Source: Carcharhinus longimanus
Taxonomy: Eukaryota
Length of the DNA: 62,925 bases
Assembly: GCA_030264375.1 (NCBI GenBank)
Contig: JASCQW010000130.1
Span: 29,370,622-29,433,546 of the forward strand
Direction: 5' to 3'
The notes beneath the pieces are model-generated. The model was not told the origin of the DNA. It ran no database searches and saw only the letters and a list, made by a program, of their open reading frames with translations. Position numbers and translations under genes: made by a program. Of the stretch, positions 35,894 to 49,734 are shown piece after piece; the first letter of the stretch is position 1, and the number at the start of each line of letters is the position of its first letter.

Positions 35894-36892
35894 TTTGATT
35901 TGATTTGATTTATTATTGTCATATGTATTAGTATACAATGAAAAGTATTGTTTCTTGCATGCTATACAGACAAGGCATACCGTTCCTAGAGAAGGAAAAG
36001 AGTGCAAAATGTAGTGTTACAATCACTGCTAAGGTGTAGAGAAAGATCAACTTAGTGTGAGGTAAATCCATTCAGAAGTCTGATGGCAGCAGGGAAGAAG
36101 CTGTTTTTGAGTCGGCTGGTATGTGACCTCAGACTCCTGTATCTATTTCTCGACAGAAGGTGGAAGAGAGTATGTTCAGGGTGTGCGAGGTCCTTGATTA
36201 TGCTGGCTGCTTTGCTGAGGTAGCAGGAAGTGTGGACAGAGTCAATGGATGGGAGGCTGGTTTGCATGATGGACCGGGCATTATTCATGACCCTTTGCAG
36301 TTTCTTGCGGCTGGGGCACAGCAGAAGCCATGCCAACTTGTGATACAACCAGAAAGAATGCTTTATATGGTGCATCTGTAAAGGTTATTGAGAGTCGTAG
36401 TGGCCATACCAAATTTTCTTAGTCTTCTGAGAAAGTAGATGCATTGGTGGGCTTACTTAAGTAGTGTTGTCATGGGCGGACTAGGAAAAGTTGTTGGTGA
36501 TCTCGGCCATCTCTACTTCATCCCCATTGATAAAGACAGGGGCATGTTTTCCACACTGCTTCCTGAAATTGATGACTATCTCCTTAATTTTGCTAACATT
36601 GGGGGGGGGAGATTATTGTTGCTGCACCAGTTCACCACATTCTCTGTCTTATTTCTGTACTCCGTCTTGTCATTGACACCATGGTGTCATCAGCAAACTT
36701 GAAAATTGAGTTGGAAGGGAATTTGGCCACAGTCATTGGTGTATCAGGAGTATATTAAGGGGCTGAGGGCACAACTTTGTGGGAGACCGCTGTTGAGGAT
36801 GATTGTGGAGGAGGTGTTGTTGCCTATCTTTACTGATTGCGGTCTGTGGGTTAGGAAGTTCAGGATCCTGTCACAGAGGGAGGAGTCGAGCC
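35894..36892 (-). mobile_element. Rex1/Babar-like LINE 3' portion with (TTGAT)n tail
   Basis: Reverse strand FKFADDTMV (RT motif, ~36675-36705) and C-terminus RKKLQRV...IIKDLAHP...RYRSLRSHTSRLKNSFFPAAIRLLN; tandem tail at ~35894-35912. Confidence 0.8.
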
Positions 36893-39800
36893 TTTAATTC
36901 CTTTAATTTGTCCCTCAATTCACTTGGTGAAAATGTTCCAGCACTGGGCAGCCTTCACACTCAGTCCAGGGACCCCGACTCATCCCCTCGGAGCAAAAAA
37001 AACCCCAACTTCTGGGCCTCTTTATTCTAGATCAGGTTTACGAAGCTGGGAAATGTCCCAACTCTGCTCTACTTGGAAGGGGAAATCTGGGCCCAAGACA
37101 GCAAAACATTGAGCTGAAGGGAATTTGACTCAGGAATCTTAAGTGGAAATGAGACTGATGCTGTGTTATAGAATATAAACTTTAAAACTCCTGCTCTATC
37201 TTTTGCTGCAAAAGGGCAGAAAAACAAAAACATAGCAGACAGGAAAAGGCAGCTTATGTAGTTTTGTCCTCAACTCTGTTGGTTGCCTCCCTATTGATAC
37301 TAAATCATCTCATGCAAGTGCACATGGAGTCATTTCTGCATATACAGATATAGTGTGGTTACATGATATATATAATAATATATACATATCTCCAACTCAG
37401 TTTTAAGTTCCAGGGAATGGTATTAACTTCCCAAAATATCGCAGTTCTTATAATTAAATCCATTGCACATTCTATTAATTCTCCCATCAGGTTGTGTTGT
37501 ATGTTTCAAATTATTTGAAGGAAGCAACCATAATAAAATAAAATTACCTAAAAAATAAAATATCAAATCTGATCAAAAATTCATTAAGGTGACAGATAGT
37601 TATTTGTGGGTTAATTGCAAATTAGCATTGAGGGATGAACTAAATGATAGCATCATGCTCCGAGTGTGTTTTATTCAGCTGGCAGTGCTGTCACCAGGAC
37701 AGGTGGCACACACCACAAAAATAGTGCACTTGGCAAAATCCTTGGGCCTTGCACAGCTGGGGAACAGTTAGCAAACCTGGTACAGCTGCCGTTCTAGTCA
37801 CAATGGGCACTGCGGACAAAGCTCAAACAGTGGAGATACTTGGCAAAGGCAAAAATCTGGCCCAGCAGGCAGTCACTGCCTGCAAAGATCCCTGTCTTGT
37901 TTGTCAACTCGAGGTTGTTCCAACTCGTCAATGACAAGTATGCATAATTAGAGATCAAAAAATGGCCAAAGGAAGATGGAGTGTGATAGGAAGCAATACT
38001 TTTTGGAATGTTTTATAAGCTCAAGCTGAGTACTTCAGGCATGTGTAATTCTGAAAATTTAAAAGGATTACAAGCAGCTTAATATGGCGAGGGCCTGAAG
38101 AATTATTTGTAAAGAATAGTGAAATAAAATCTTGGCTGGAATTTGTGATAAATAACTTTAGTTCCAATGTAACTAGGGTGACAAATTAATTAATCACACC
38201 AGTTTGAAAAAAAATGCTGATTAGCACCCAATAGTTATTGATTATTCTATGCTGAAAAAATGTAATAGATTGCTACAAGATTTCAGTGTAGTTTTAAATT
38301 TGCTGTAACAGCTGAAGATTGCCAAAGGATTACATAATTTCCCTGCTTCCCTAGATCTCATATTTCCCCCGCAGTCTGACAGTTCATCCACTAACAATGT
38401 GAATACTGACACATCAAGAGTTCAGAGAGAAAAGAACTGAAAGTCCTGCTCCATTGAAGAGACACAAATGGGTTTGAGCCTGCAGTTTATCTGAAGTGCA
38501 TATTGATTATTTCTGTTTTGAGACTGTCTTACGATACTGATTAACTTATCTGATTACAAATTAACAAAGTAAAATATTGCATTGAGGTTTCTTTCAGTAA
38601 TTTGCGGTACCATCTGAAGATTGCCAAACAATTATATAATTCCACCCCCAATGACATATTTCACCTCAGTGTGACACTATCCACCAACCACTAGCTCAGT
38701 CAAGTGAGTCAGACTCAATTGGAGTCAGCTTCCAGCTTTCATGCTGTGGCAAATACTTCCATTTTATGATTTATCCAAGCTGTCGATTGAAACTAATAGC
38801 ATTTACTATAATATTCATTGTAATTAACTTAATTAATACTAATTATAGACAGTTACCTGATGGAAATTGTAGATGACTATTGCTGCCATTTGTAAAGACT
38901 ATCCTTACCATCAAAACGTCATTGGCAAAGCTCTTCAAGAGCTGTTTGTGATCATGAGCAAAAACACCCCTAACACAGTACTGCCAACAATTACACCTCT
39001 ATGAGAAAGCAAAAAGTTTATAAAAAAGCATTTGTAAAATATTACACTTCCTTACAAAAGTTGCTCCCAGTTGAAAGTTGCATTGCACGCTTGCGCTTCA
39101 TAAATTTCTGCTTACAGTTTTCTGCCCTGCAAATACCTCTCAAATCCTGTAATCTCAAAGTGCTAAATAAGCATCATCAGGATGATTTATGATCATTGCT
39201 AATTGTTAGGCTAACGTGACTGAGGTCTCTGTAGCTTAACCACTACAATTTGTTCCATTAGCTCAAAATAATGCAGAGGTTATTTTCCTCAAAAAATACT
39301 AAAAACATATTCAAATGTTGCTTTTGTTTCTCTCGTTTCCTCAAGGTGCACAGTCTGAGATCAAGTCCAGTCCAACTGAATTCAAAGTATTCCTGGGAAC
39401 ATTGTGTGTCTGAATCCAAAGGTGTTTACATGTATTGATACTTACGTACAATAAGTAATAAATAATCAAGAGAATAAAATAATAATTCTATCATTTGGGA
39501 AAATGCTATAGACAATTGTGCAGGATTCAAAATGTCAAATGTAAATAAATGGCTTTTTGGAGAATCTTGAAGAAATTATATTGCTGCCACAAAACAGCAA
39601 CGTGTGGTACTAGTAAAAGTAGCATCAGTTAGAAAACGTATGTCCATTTAGGGATGGTATAATCACTGTTGATTTCAATGGGGTGGAGCCATCAAATTGA
39701 TTAATTGAATCAGCAAGAATAATAACAAAGCAGAACAAACGGCCTAGAAACCTTTGGTGTGGTGTAGCTAATGGTGTAAATTTGCCTCACCTCATCTTCC

Positions 39801-40144
39801 TGGAAAACTTTCACTCCAAACGACAAACATGGAGTCCAACAATTTCTGATCAACAGCAGTGTTCCAATTTTATTCTGGCAGTATATTTCTTATAATGATT
39901 CCATTGTTGCCATTTACAACTCCTCCAGGCCCATATTTTGTTTCTTAACTTGACGCATTGCCACTCTTGCACCATTGTCCATTTTGTCGTATAATCTCTT
40001 TTTCCAGTTTAGTGCAGACCCCTTTGTTCTTCCCCAAGCCCTTTCCCCTGCCTCTGGCCTTGGTTCAAACCTGTAGCATCTGTAACATTTTCCAGTTCAA
40101 ATGAATGGTCATTAATCTGAATGTTAACTCTTCTCTCTCCACAG

Positions 40145-40385
40145 AGGTTTTAAGTTTAAATTGATTTATTAGTGTCACAAATAACTTTACATTATCACTG
40201 CAATGAAGTTACTGTGAAAATCCCCTAGTTGCTACACAGCAGCACCTGTCTGGGTACACTGAGAGAGAATTTAGTATAGCCAATGCACCTAACCAGCATG
40301 TCATTTGGACTGTGGGAGGAAACCGGAGCACCTGGAGGAAGCCCATGTTGACACGGAGAGAACATGCAGATTCCCCAGACACAGG
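40145..40385 (-). mobile_element. V-SINE-like variant with a different tail; opposite-orientation copy at ~53066-53225
   Basis: GGGAGGAAACCGGAGCACCTGGAGGAA core plus TTTATTAGTGTCACAA...CACTGCAATGAAGTTACTGTGAAAATCCCCTAG tail. Confidence 0.7.
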
Positions 40386-41442
40386 TTTGCTAGACTTGCT
40401 GATTATTTCCAGCACTTGTTGCTAAAATTCCAATACATTGTCCATATGGGCACTTATGATGAATGTTTTTAAGCAAATTCATCATGAATTTCAAACTAAA
40501 ACTTTCAAAGTGTTGGTCTAGAGGTATTATTAATTAATGACATTCATGTCAACATGCAAATCAAGCTCAATGACCCAATGGGGTTGACCAGGATGAGTAT
40601 GGCAGCAGTATGAGTAACCTTGGTCCAGTGTGCCACTGGTCTCACTAGCAAATACAGGAGTTAATTGAATCTTGCTGCTCCTCAAGGACATGGTGCTTCT
40701 AGACCACATCATTGTACATTTCAAGCAATGGTCTAGTATGCAGGATGACTTTATGACACATGAACATATCTCCATGCTACCACGCACTGAACTAATAATG
40801 GGTTGGAGGTAACATATGATAGTTTGAAATTTTTGATGAATGTTCTGTGTTAAATAATTTTAGAGGAAGTGAGCCCAGAATGCTCTTGAGAGACCGCTGA
40901 CAGGTACAGGTGGGGATATTGCAAATTTTGAAGTCCTAACTCTTTTTGAAGAGGGAGTGCTCGCACTGATGGAGTCCAATTCCTCCAGTAGTATAGGCGG
41001 AGACGAGACTGAAGGATGGCCAGGGTGTAGTGAGGTGGCAAGAATCTCAGGCTGATTGAAAACGGGAGATGGCAAGTGGAGGTTTAATGGAGGTTAGGCA
41101 TTCAGCCTGGTTGGTGAATATTGTTCACACATTGGAGCCCAGACAAGCTCATCATCTGAAGCTTCACCTCATTGTCCAACGGTGTGCCTGCGGAATCTAA
41201 TTAGTCTTGTCAGGCAGTGAAATGGTTGATGTGCATTGTGTGATAGGGCTGATGTGGCAAGGCATTTGACACCCAATTACTCCATTAGTGATATCTCTCT
41301 GTTACAGGAGAAACCTCTTCAGTGCAAGCTGTGCCAGAACCTCCTTCCGAGGAGGAGGAGGAACCTTTGCAGGGGGCAGCGTCACTTCCTTTCCAGCATC
41401 CACTGCCATCGTAGGCACTGGCACATCGGCATGGTAGGTTAG

Positions 41443-41615
41443 AAACATAGAATCCTACAGTGCAGAAGGAGGCCATCTGACCCATCGAGTCTGCACCGAA
41501 CACAATCCCACCTAGGCTCTATCACCACAACCCCATGCATTTACCCTAACTAGTCCCCCTGACACTAAGGGGCAATTTAGCATGGCCAATCCACATAACC
41601 TGCAAATCTTTGGAC
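41443..41615 (-). mobile_element. Truncated HE1-like SINE inserted in a GC-richer older sequence
   Basis: CATAGAATCCTACAGTGCAGAAGGAGGCC...CCCCTGACACTAAGGGGCAATTTAGCATGGCCAATCC. Confidence 0.75.
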
Positions 41616-42650
41616 CAAGAGGTTGTTAGGCTCCCAGACCAGAACCCCAAGTTATCGGCCATCCATGTAATCACATCCATCCACATGATCACAGCCAGAG
41701 CCATCAACAGGAGCATTGCCGTGATCTCTCAATGCTTTGCAGCCCTTCTCTTCAGAAAATGACCCCCATCGTCTGGCAACCCTTCACCCTCCAGGTAATC
41801 TCACCTTTGGATAGTGAACTATGGCATGCACAGCAAACCATGACCATCGTGGACACGTGTGAGTGGAAGCACTATAATATTCCTCCAGGTTTGCCCAGGT
41901 ACCGTGATCTCATTTTCAGGAGAACTTTGTTATGACTCTGGTGCTGCTGTGGCTTTCATTATACCTCCTTTTTACTTCAGATCTGGGCACCCTCACAGGT
42001 AGCACAAGCCATCTTCGCAGTGGCTAGTCCATGTCACCTTCCAAGGAATCCAGGCTGAAAATGTCTGAAACCTGCGAGTTCTGAAGGTTGTGGGAATTAT
42101 GAAGGCTGCCTGGGTACCAGGTACATGATTGCATGATCTGCCAATTATGGTTGCACACCAGCTAGATGTAGAGTGAGTGGAAGCTCTTTCTATTGATGAA
42201 GTGACATGACTGTCCAGCAGGAGCCTTTATGCAACATGGATCAATCAGTGGCTTAACTAAAGCAACTTGGAAACTTCCCTTCAATATCTTTTCAAAAATT
42301 CAAATTTACATGAGAATCACAGGTAAAATCCCATACAAAGCAACAAATTAAAAGTAGAAATAACAGTAAAACTGGGATACCTTTCAATTTTAAAAAAATC
42401 ATTCTTCGATGTTGGCATCACTGGCTAGGCTAGCATTTTGCCCATCCCTAATTGTCCTTGAGAAGGTAGAGGTGATCTGCTTTCTTGAACTGTTGAAATC
42501 CATGTGGTATAGATACACCTACTGTGCTTTTTTTTCCTGATTTGATACAACTGAATGGCTTGCTAGGATGGTTGAGGGTCAATTCATTAATTAAGAGTTA
42601 CTTCATTGGTATTAATGCAAGTCCGAGACAGTGATGTTTATCTTCCTTAC

Positions 42651-42812
42651 CGTGGTTCATGATAATTCTGATAAGAGTAGTGTTGCAGCAAGTTCCACGT
42701 GATCCCATTGTCAGCAGAATAGTGCAGTAGAATCCCTTCTCCCGGTTGGTCTGGGGGCTTGCATGTGCTTAATACAGATTTGCTGCCCAAGCGAAGGGTA
42801 AACTGCAGAAAC
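42651..42812 (-). CDS. RELN: Reelin exon (~exon 19), 162 nt: [53 protein letters not shown](R)
   Basis: cccag|G acceptor; CG|gtaag donor; Asp-box SADNGITW. Confidence 0.97.
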
Positions 42813-45800
42813 CTGGGGAATAATAAGAGTGAGGCACAGGACATTTACTATCTTACATAAACCCATCCTTAAAAAGCCTGGACTGAAACATTGTTACACG
42901 ATTAGCAAGCTGTTAACAGTGAAATTGTTCAGAAAGTCTACTGTTTCTAAATTTTGGATTTTCTTGATTGTGGAATCCTCACCATGGATTCCAAGCCCTC
43001 CCAGCCATTCCTCAGTATATTGGAATTGAATTTACATTCAGATCAGCTATGATCTTACTTGAGCTACAAATGAGGTTTCTAGACCAAACTGAGATCTGAT
43101 TCAGTGATTTACTAAGCTATGTAACTCAATGTCGCAATGGAGGTTTAACTTGCAATTATACTTTTGTCAGTCTACAACTGTTCCTAGGGTACAACTTGGT
43201 GCAACAGGAGAGTTTGAACCTATCTGATTCTAGCCAGAGTATTTGCAGAAATGGCCCTCTCTCTGCTCCCCAAGAATTGATCTTTGCCTGACTCTCCCTT
43301 TTCACTCCTTTTAACACTTGCACTGCTCCTGTGTTGTCAATCTGCTTTTCGAAATCCAGTCTTGGATGTGCTGAGATTCCCTCCAGTTAAACATTAGGAA
43401 GACCAAAGCCATCATCATTGGTTAACTTAGCATTCTCACCATAGATTCCAAACCCTCCCCTGCCATTTCCTTAGGCTGAGCCTGACTGTTCAAAATTTCA
43501 GTAATATTATGCAATATGCCATATCTATGCCAATTATTTTTCATACATACTCCCCTTATTAACCTTTACTGTTAATTATTTTTAGACTGCACAGCATGAA
43601 CACCTCTAATCTGTTCTCATAACTCATCCTCTTTTTATTTGGATCAGATTTGTGGTTCTCCTCTGTACCCTGTCTATTACATTTACATATTTTTTGTGGC
43701 ATAATGATAGACATGAACACAATATTCTGAGTATGATATGATTAGTACATTTATAGGGCTGGGCATAACTTGTTCAGATACTTAACTGTGCTAATTATGT
43801 GGGATGAGAGAAATGAAAAATGAAAGAGTTTCTAACAGGTGGGGAGCGATCCCTATGACCACTGTTCTACGTGGTTTGACTTGAATATCTCCAGCTCTGG
43901 CTGGAGTTAAAATTGGGGACTGTCAGTGCCATGGGATCCCTATCTGCATATTTAAAGAAGGATTCAATGGCTACAAGTGGGTATCTTTGCCACCAGAAGA
44001 ATAAAATAATAAGTAAGTCATTTCTGGTATTTAACTGCCCACCCACCTGGTTTCTGTCATCCAAGTAAGGGTTTTTTTTATTCATTTGTGAGACATGGAC
44101 ATCGCTGGTTGGCCATCATTTACTGTTCATCCCTAGTTGCCCAAGGGCAGTTGAGAGTGAACCACATTGCTATGGCTCTGGAGTCACATGTAGGATGGCA
44201 GATTTCCTTCCCTAAAGGACATGAGTGATCAAGATGGGTTTTTCTGACAATGGTTTCACGGTCATCAGCAGATTCTTGATTTCAGATTTTTTAAGCGCTC
44301 CCTTGATTGATATCCAAGGTTCGTAGTTTTCTTGCATTTTTTCCACTAGCATTAGCAGGAGCTCTTCAGGAGTAATTATAACATGCATATTACTGGCTCC
44401 TAAACGCCAAGGAACGTTGTACACAGCTGAGGAATGCTGTACCCACACTAACAGCAAATCCAATGCAAATATGCTTAATTTTAGTCAGAACTCTTAGAAC
44501 AACTACTAGCTTGAAAATGACCAAGTCAATGACTGTCACCTTCCAAGCTCAAAGTAATTTTGCAGCTTTCAAATTTCAGGTGGTAAGAAAGGGCTAAACT
44601 GTACTCATTACTACTGATCAGTAATTCTCCCGGCATTATGCTTGACACTAAACAGGATTCCCAGATTGTGTGGATGATGTTAGTTCAGCTGCTTCATCTC
44701 TCATGCTCCTTTTGGCTGAAATCACTTAGCATTTATGAGATTTTGGAAATAGCCTGGCACTGGTTCCTCCTGATTCATCCCTCAGCTACTCAACAGATTT
44801 ACTCCAGTCGTATACCACATCTTGTGGCAGAAAGATCAACAGGATGCCATTTAATTATAAATTACATAATGTAGTTAGGTCAATTCATCTCAGATATGAG
44901 GATGTCTTGCTTTAATTCAGTCTGCTCAGCTACAGAAATGTCATTGCATTTGCCATCAGTGTGTCACTCTAATTTGGAAGTAATTGGCTGCTGCCAAATA
45001 ATGTCTTTCTTGAATAATTTTGCTACCCTTATGCTATGATTCAATATTTATAACACACAACCCTTAAAATCAGGATTATTCAATTTTGTAGTCCCAGAGA
45101 CACATATAGGCTATGAACCCTGCAGCTCAATCCTCAAGATAGAAACCATTCAGATCTATATGTGTTAAAATATTTATCTGCTGGTGATCGGTATTATTTT
45201 TGAGCGCCTGGAGATTTAGAAATTGCTGATTTGTTCTCTGTTCCTATTGATGGATGAGCCACAAATATCTGATTGATTGTCACAGCAGCTTCAAATGTCT
45301 GCAGTTTAATGGGAACATCAATGTGACCTTTATATTTCAGATTTCCAGCACCCGCAGTACTTTGCTTTTATATCAATGTGATCTTTATGCATGGCCCCGA
45401 GACGGTTTACACCTATTGCTCCACAATACGTGGAACATAATGGACATCCCCATTTTAAAATTCTGATTGAAACATATAGGATCCTGAGGGGATTGGATAG
45501 GATTGATAGCGATAGGCTATTCCACTTCTGGGAGANNNNNNNNNNNNNNNNNNNNNNNNNNNNNNNNNNNNNNNNNNNNNNNNNNNNNNNNNNNNNNNNN
45601 NNNNNNNNNNNNNNNNNNNNNNNNNNNNNNNNNNNNNNNNNNNNNNNNNNNNNNNNNNNNNNNNNNNNNNNNNNNNNNNNNNNNNNNNNNNNNNNNNNNN
45701 NNNNNNNNNNNNNNNNNNNNNNNNNNNNNNNNNNNNNNNNNNNNNNNNNNNNNNNNNNNNNNNNNNNNNNNNNNNNNNNNAACCAGATCAATCGTGATTT

Positions 45801-46196
45801 TATTGAATTGCAGCGCAGGCTCAATGGCCTGAATGGCCTACTCCTGCTCCCAAGTCCTAAGTTCCTGCGCTCAATGCTTGCGGCGTTAAAAATTGAGAGT
45901 AGACTAAACCCATTATCTTGAGCTACTGTCTTGCGGATATGAAGCAGGATGATAAAAATTATGCAGAGTTTGCCATAATGTTAGTCTCTCAGCCGTTTGT
46001 CAATAAATGGGCATTGCATCCCAAAGCAATTCAATGACTGAGGAGATTGATCTCTGAGAGCAATCTTTCTCCACAGAGAATTCTAAGATAGTGATCTAAA
46101 CAATAATTCTCTCAGAGAATAAGTGCATAATATTTGAATGAGCACTGGTGCCATTTTTAATTCCTATTGTTTATTAAATACGTCCGTAATATTTAC

Positions 46197-46430
46197 CTGG
46201 CTAGAGTACTGTCGAGGAAAGAAGTAATGAGCTCTCGCCTTCCCTCTTTGTTAAATACTAGAGCCTTGCCGCTCGAGAGGACACCACAGCCAAAGCCAAG
46301 TTCTGCACCGCGGATTGAGTGGAAGTTGTGGTAAGACGAGAGCCGGGAACTACTAAAACTTTCTGAAATTATGGTGGGAAATGTTTGCGAAGCCATGTCA
46401 CATCCAGGCCCTGAAAATCCTGGATCACAT
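46197..46430 (-). CDS. RELN: Reelin exon (~exon 18), 234 nt: [77 protein letters not shown](R)
   Basis: ttcag|A acceptor; AG|gtaaa donor; completes the EGF module. Confidence 0.97.
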
Positions 46431-47017
46431 CTGAAAGCGAATAGAAAAGCAGATAGGTTCACATTGAAAAAATATTAACATAAAACAATAACTGGGCACA
46501 AATCTTTTACAATATATTATTATTTAATAGAACAGTTGAACTAGTTGGTGATCAAAGCATTTAATGTATTTTAATGATATTAATTATATTCATTTATTAA
46601 TATTGATTGGCTACCAACATCATTGGACTGTGATTGGCTCCTTTGAATTACTGCAGTCTTAACTTCAATGTCTATGGTGTTTTGCGTGGCTTCCCATCCC
46701 ACTGCCAGGGAACCCACTGCCGCAGGAAGGGCTGGAAAATCCCACCCTAGCAGCCATGCTATTAATTGATTCAGCTGTCTTAAGGTGTGAAGCTTTTAAT
46801 TATGAATCACCAGAAGCAGCTTTGTGCTCTAGTCTGTAGACTAGACTAAAAGTTATGAGAATTGATAAGGGACAGAAATATTAATTTTGTTTTGAAACAC
46901 AAACATGAAACATTGTTGGAAAAGGTGATTTGACCTCACAGCCATGCCATTTCCTTGTGGATCTCATTTTCACATTCCTGTTTCCTCGCAGTCTTTTTTC
47001 TACAGAAACACGTAAAT

Positions 47018-47220
47018 ATAAATTCACCACAGTCCCAGATGACCATAGACTGTGATTGGTTGTGATTTAACTTCAGGATCACCACACCTCAGGTGCCGGG
47101 AAGGTTGAGAAGACAAGCCTTCATGAATAACCTCAGCTGGTACAGGAATTGAACCCACACTGTTGGCATCATTTTGTATCACTAATTGGCTGTCCAACCA
47201 ACTGAGCTAAATCAGACCCC
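47018..47220 (-). mobile_element. Third tRNA-headed SINE family; related plus-strand heads at ~23235-23330 and ~53765-53850
   Basis: Reverse strand TTAGCTCAGTTGG (A box), then GATGCCAACAGTGTGGGTTCAATTCCTGTACCAGCTGAGG (B box). Confidence 0.7.
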
Positions 47221-49667
47221 GTGTTGAGCATTTTCAGAGATCCTTTCTACAAAAAGCTGGTTAGTGCTATATAATAGGAATGGAGTTTAACTATTGCCTT
47301 GATATTATTCTGTTCCTCTTCTAATATACCATGGTGCTTGTCTTCACTGCTGCTGTCCAATATGCTGACGGAATCAGTGAATTCTGATTGTAACACTTAA
47401 ATCCTTTTCCTTTGAGCACCAAACACCAGGCAGGTGAAGCTGAAAGGGTCATGTAGATGAGTTGGTTGGGGACTTGTGCACTTTTTCGAACCTCTTGACT
47501 TCAGTTGTGCATGTTCATGATGAAGTCTCTCAATAGCCTTCCCAAATTAATCTTCTCCATTTTGATCAGTTAAACTACTGTCATAAGTTGACAAGGATGT
47601 TTGACCTCTTCAAGGATACTTTGAGAACATCGCCGAAGCATTTTGCCTGTCCTTCTTGGAGTCTTCTGTCATGACGGAGTTCCAAGTGGAGCAGTTTCTT
47701 CAGTTGTCTGGTGTCAGACATATGAACAATAAAAATAACTCCACTGGACTGAATGTGAGCGATTTTTTAAAAATTCATTTTTATGGGATGTGGGTGTCGC
47801 TGCCAAGGCCAGCATTTATTGCTGATCCCTTGCTGTCCTTGAAAAGATGGTGGTGAGCTGACTTCTTGAATTGCTGCATTTCCTGAGATGTAGCTACAAC
47901 CACAGTGCACTTAGGGAGCGAGTTCTGGGATTAGTGCCTTGATGCTGAAAAAGTAGGCTTGGGAGAGGATGTTGTCATTAGACCACCTTTCTTGCCACTG
48001 GATTTGAAAGATCTTGTGACAGCCACCACTAGTCAAACTTCTCCAGAGCTTTGAAGCTCCTGCTGTAGGTTGTCCAAGGCAGGTGAAGTGTGTCTTCTTC
48101 TACTGGGCATACAGCTTAGATCCTGAGCTATGGGACCCCTGCCTTCCATCATGCCTTCTGAAGTGGGAAGTCCTTTGAGTGAAGACAGAGACTTATCCTC
48201 AGATGAGGCCTGGTGGATATTAGCAACTGCAGATCAGGGTCTGTATTTCCAGGTTCTGGCCTAAAACATAGGCCTGCTGTCCAAATTATAATGGAACTGT
48301 CTGAATGGGCAATACTGTTTTATTTTGGCTCCATGTTCCCATGCCAATTATGTTACATTTAATGGAAGGTCATTGTTAAGTGTCGCTGTCAAGGTCAAAA
48401 TTGATTGCCCATCCCTAGTTACTCTGACAAGATGACGCTGGACTTTTGCTCAGCTGCTCCAGAGATCAAAAAAGAGTGAATTACATTAATTTTGGGACTG
48501 GAGGCCCTGACTGGGTCTGGTGAGACGGTTCCTTCCCAGTAGGACATTAGTAAACCAGTTGGGTTGATAGTGATATTATAACAGCTTCATGATCACTTTT
48601 ACTGACAGTGTTTTATTTCTGGCCCAGTTCACAATAAGATCTAAATTCTTTCCAATCAACTGCAATAAATTTGGGGATATTGCCGATAATACCTTAGGCT
48701 ATTCATATTTCTCTCTCTCTATATGTATAAGAGCAATGCCTGGGGCACATCATTTGCAACCACTCTTCAGCTCAAATATTACATTGTTTAGAATCGTACT
48801 TTACTTCCTGTTCCATGAGTATTGGTCTGATGCTGGATCTCTGTACATGATTTTTGAAAACAATCAATTAACCTGATCATAAGAATTTAGAAACTCTTCA
48901 ACATCAATTCATCTCGCTGGGTTGCTTTAAATTAATTTTGATATTAGGAGTTACGATCACTGACTGAAATTAGGCAGTCACTTCTCAAGTGTGTGCTGGA
49001 AGACAACTTAACTGATCGCTGTTATCAAAACTCCAGAGCTCATGAGTATTTTTCTTAACAGCGGGAGTGAGAGGCAAAGTTTTCAAACTGTACGTATTGC
49101 CATACAAAAATGAAATTGTGATGTGTTCTTTACAAACATAGCACAGAATGTATAACACAGCAAATCTTCCCTCAATCCCTCCACTGATGATACCTAGGGC
49201 AATTGTTTCCTCAAATGCTGTGCGTGGGTTTACAATTATGATGTCTTGCATCTTGATTAATTTGAAGAGCAAATCACATGGCAAATAAGTTGCCACATAC
49301 TCCTGTCACATATCCATTAGCAAGGTTAGAGCTTTGCCAGTTGTTTCCACAGTTGCTTTGCCATTTAACCTGACTTGCAGGCAGGATTGTGAAATTTTTC
49401 AAGATTAGTATTAAACTGCATCAAACAAGACGTTATCTACAGGAAGTTTATTTAAAGCCCACTGTGCTGTATTGGTAGACAGGTCCCAGTTAAATAAACA
49501 ATTCTGTTTTCTTGTGCCTGTCATATGGGTGAGAGATTGCAGTTACTGCAGCAAGGTTAATTATCAGAGGGATTAGGTCAGCAAGAATGTTTTAATTTGT
49601 TGGTGATATCTCAAAGTCATGTTTAGACTTAGATGAAATAATAGAGAATAATGAGGCTTCATCTTAC

Positions 49668-49734
49668 TTGCATCCGTTGGTGGTACATCGACCTCGACCA
49701 GAACACAATTTGTAACAGGCAGGGCCAATGTAGA
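49668..49734 (-). CDS. RELN: Reelin exon (~exon 17), 67 nt: (V)[21 protein letters not shown](K), first part of EGF-like module of repeat 1
   Basis: cag|TC acceptor; AA|gtaag donor; CxxxCSGRGxC EGF pattern. Confidence 0.95.
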
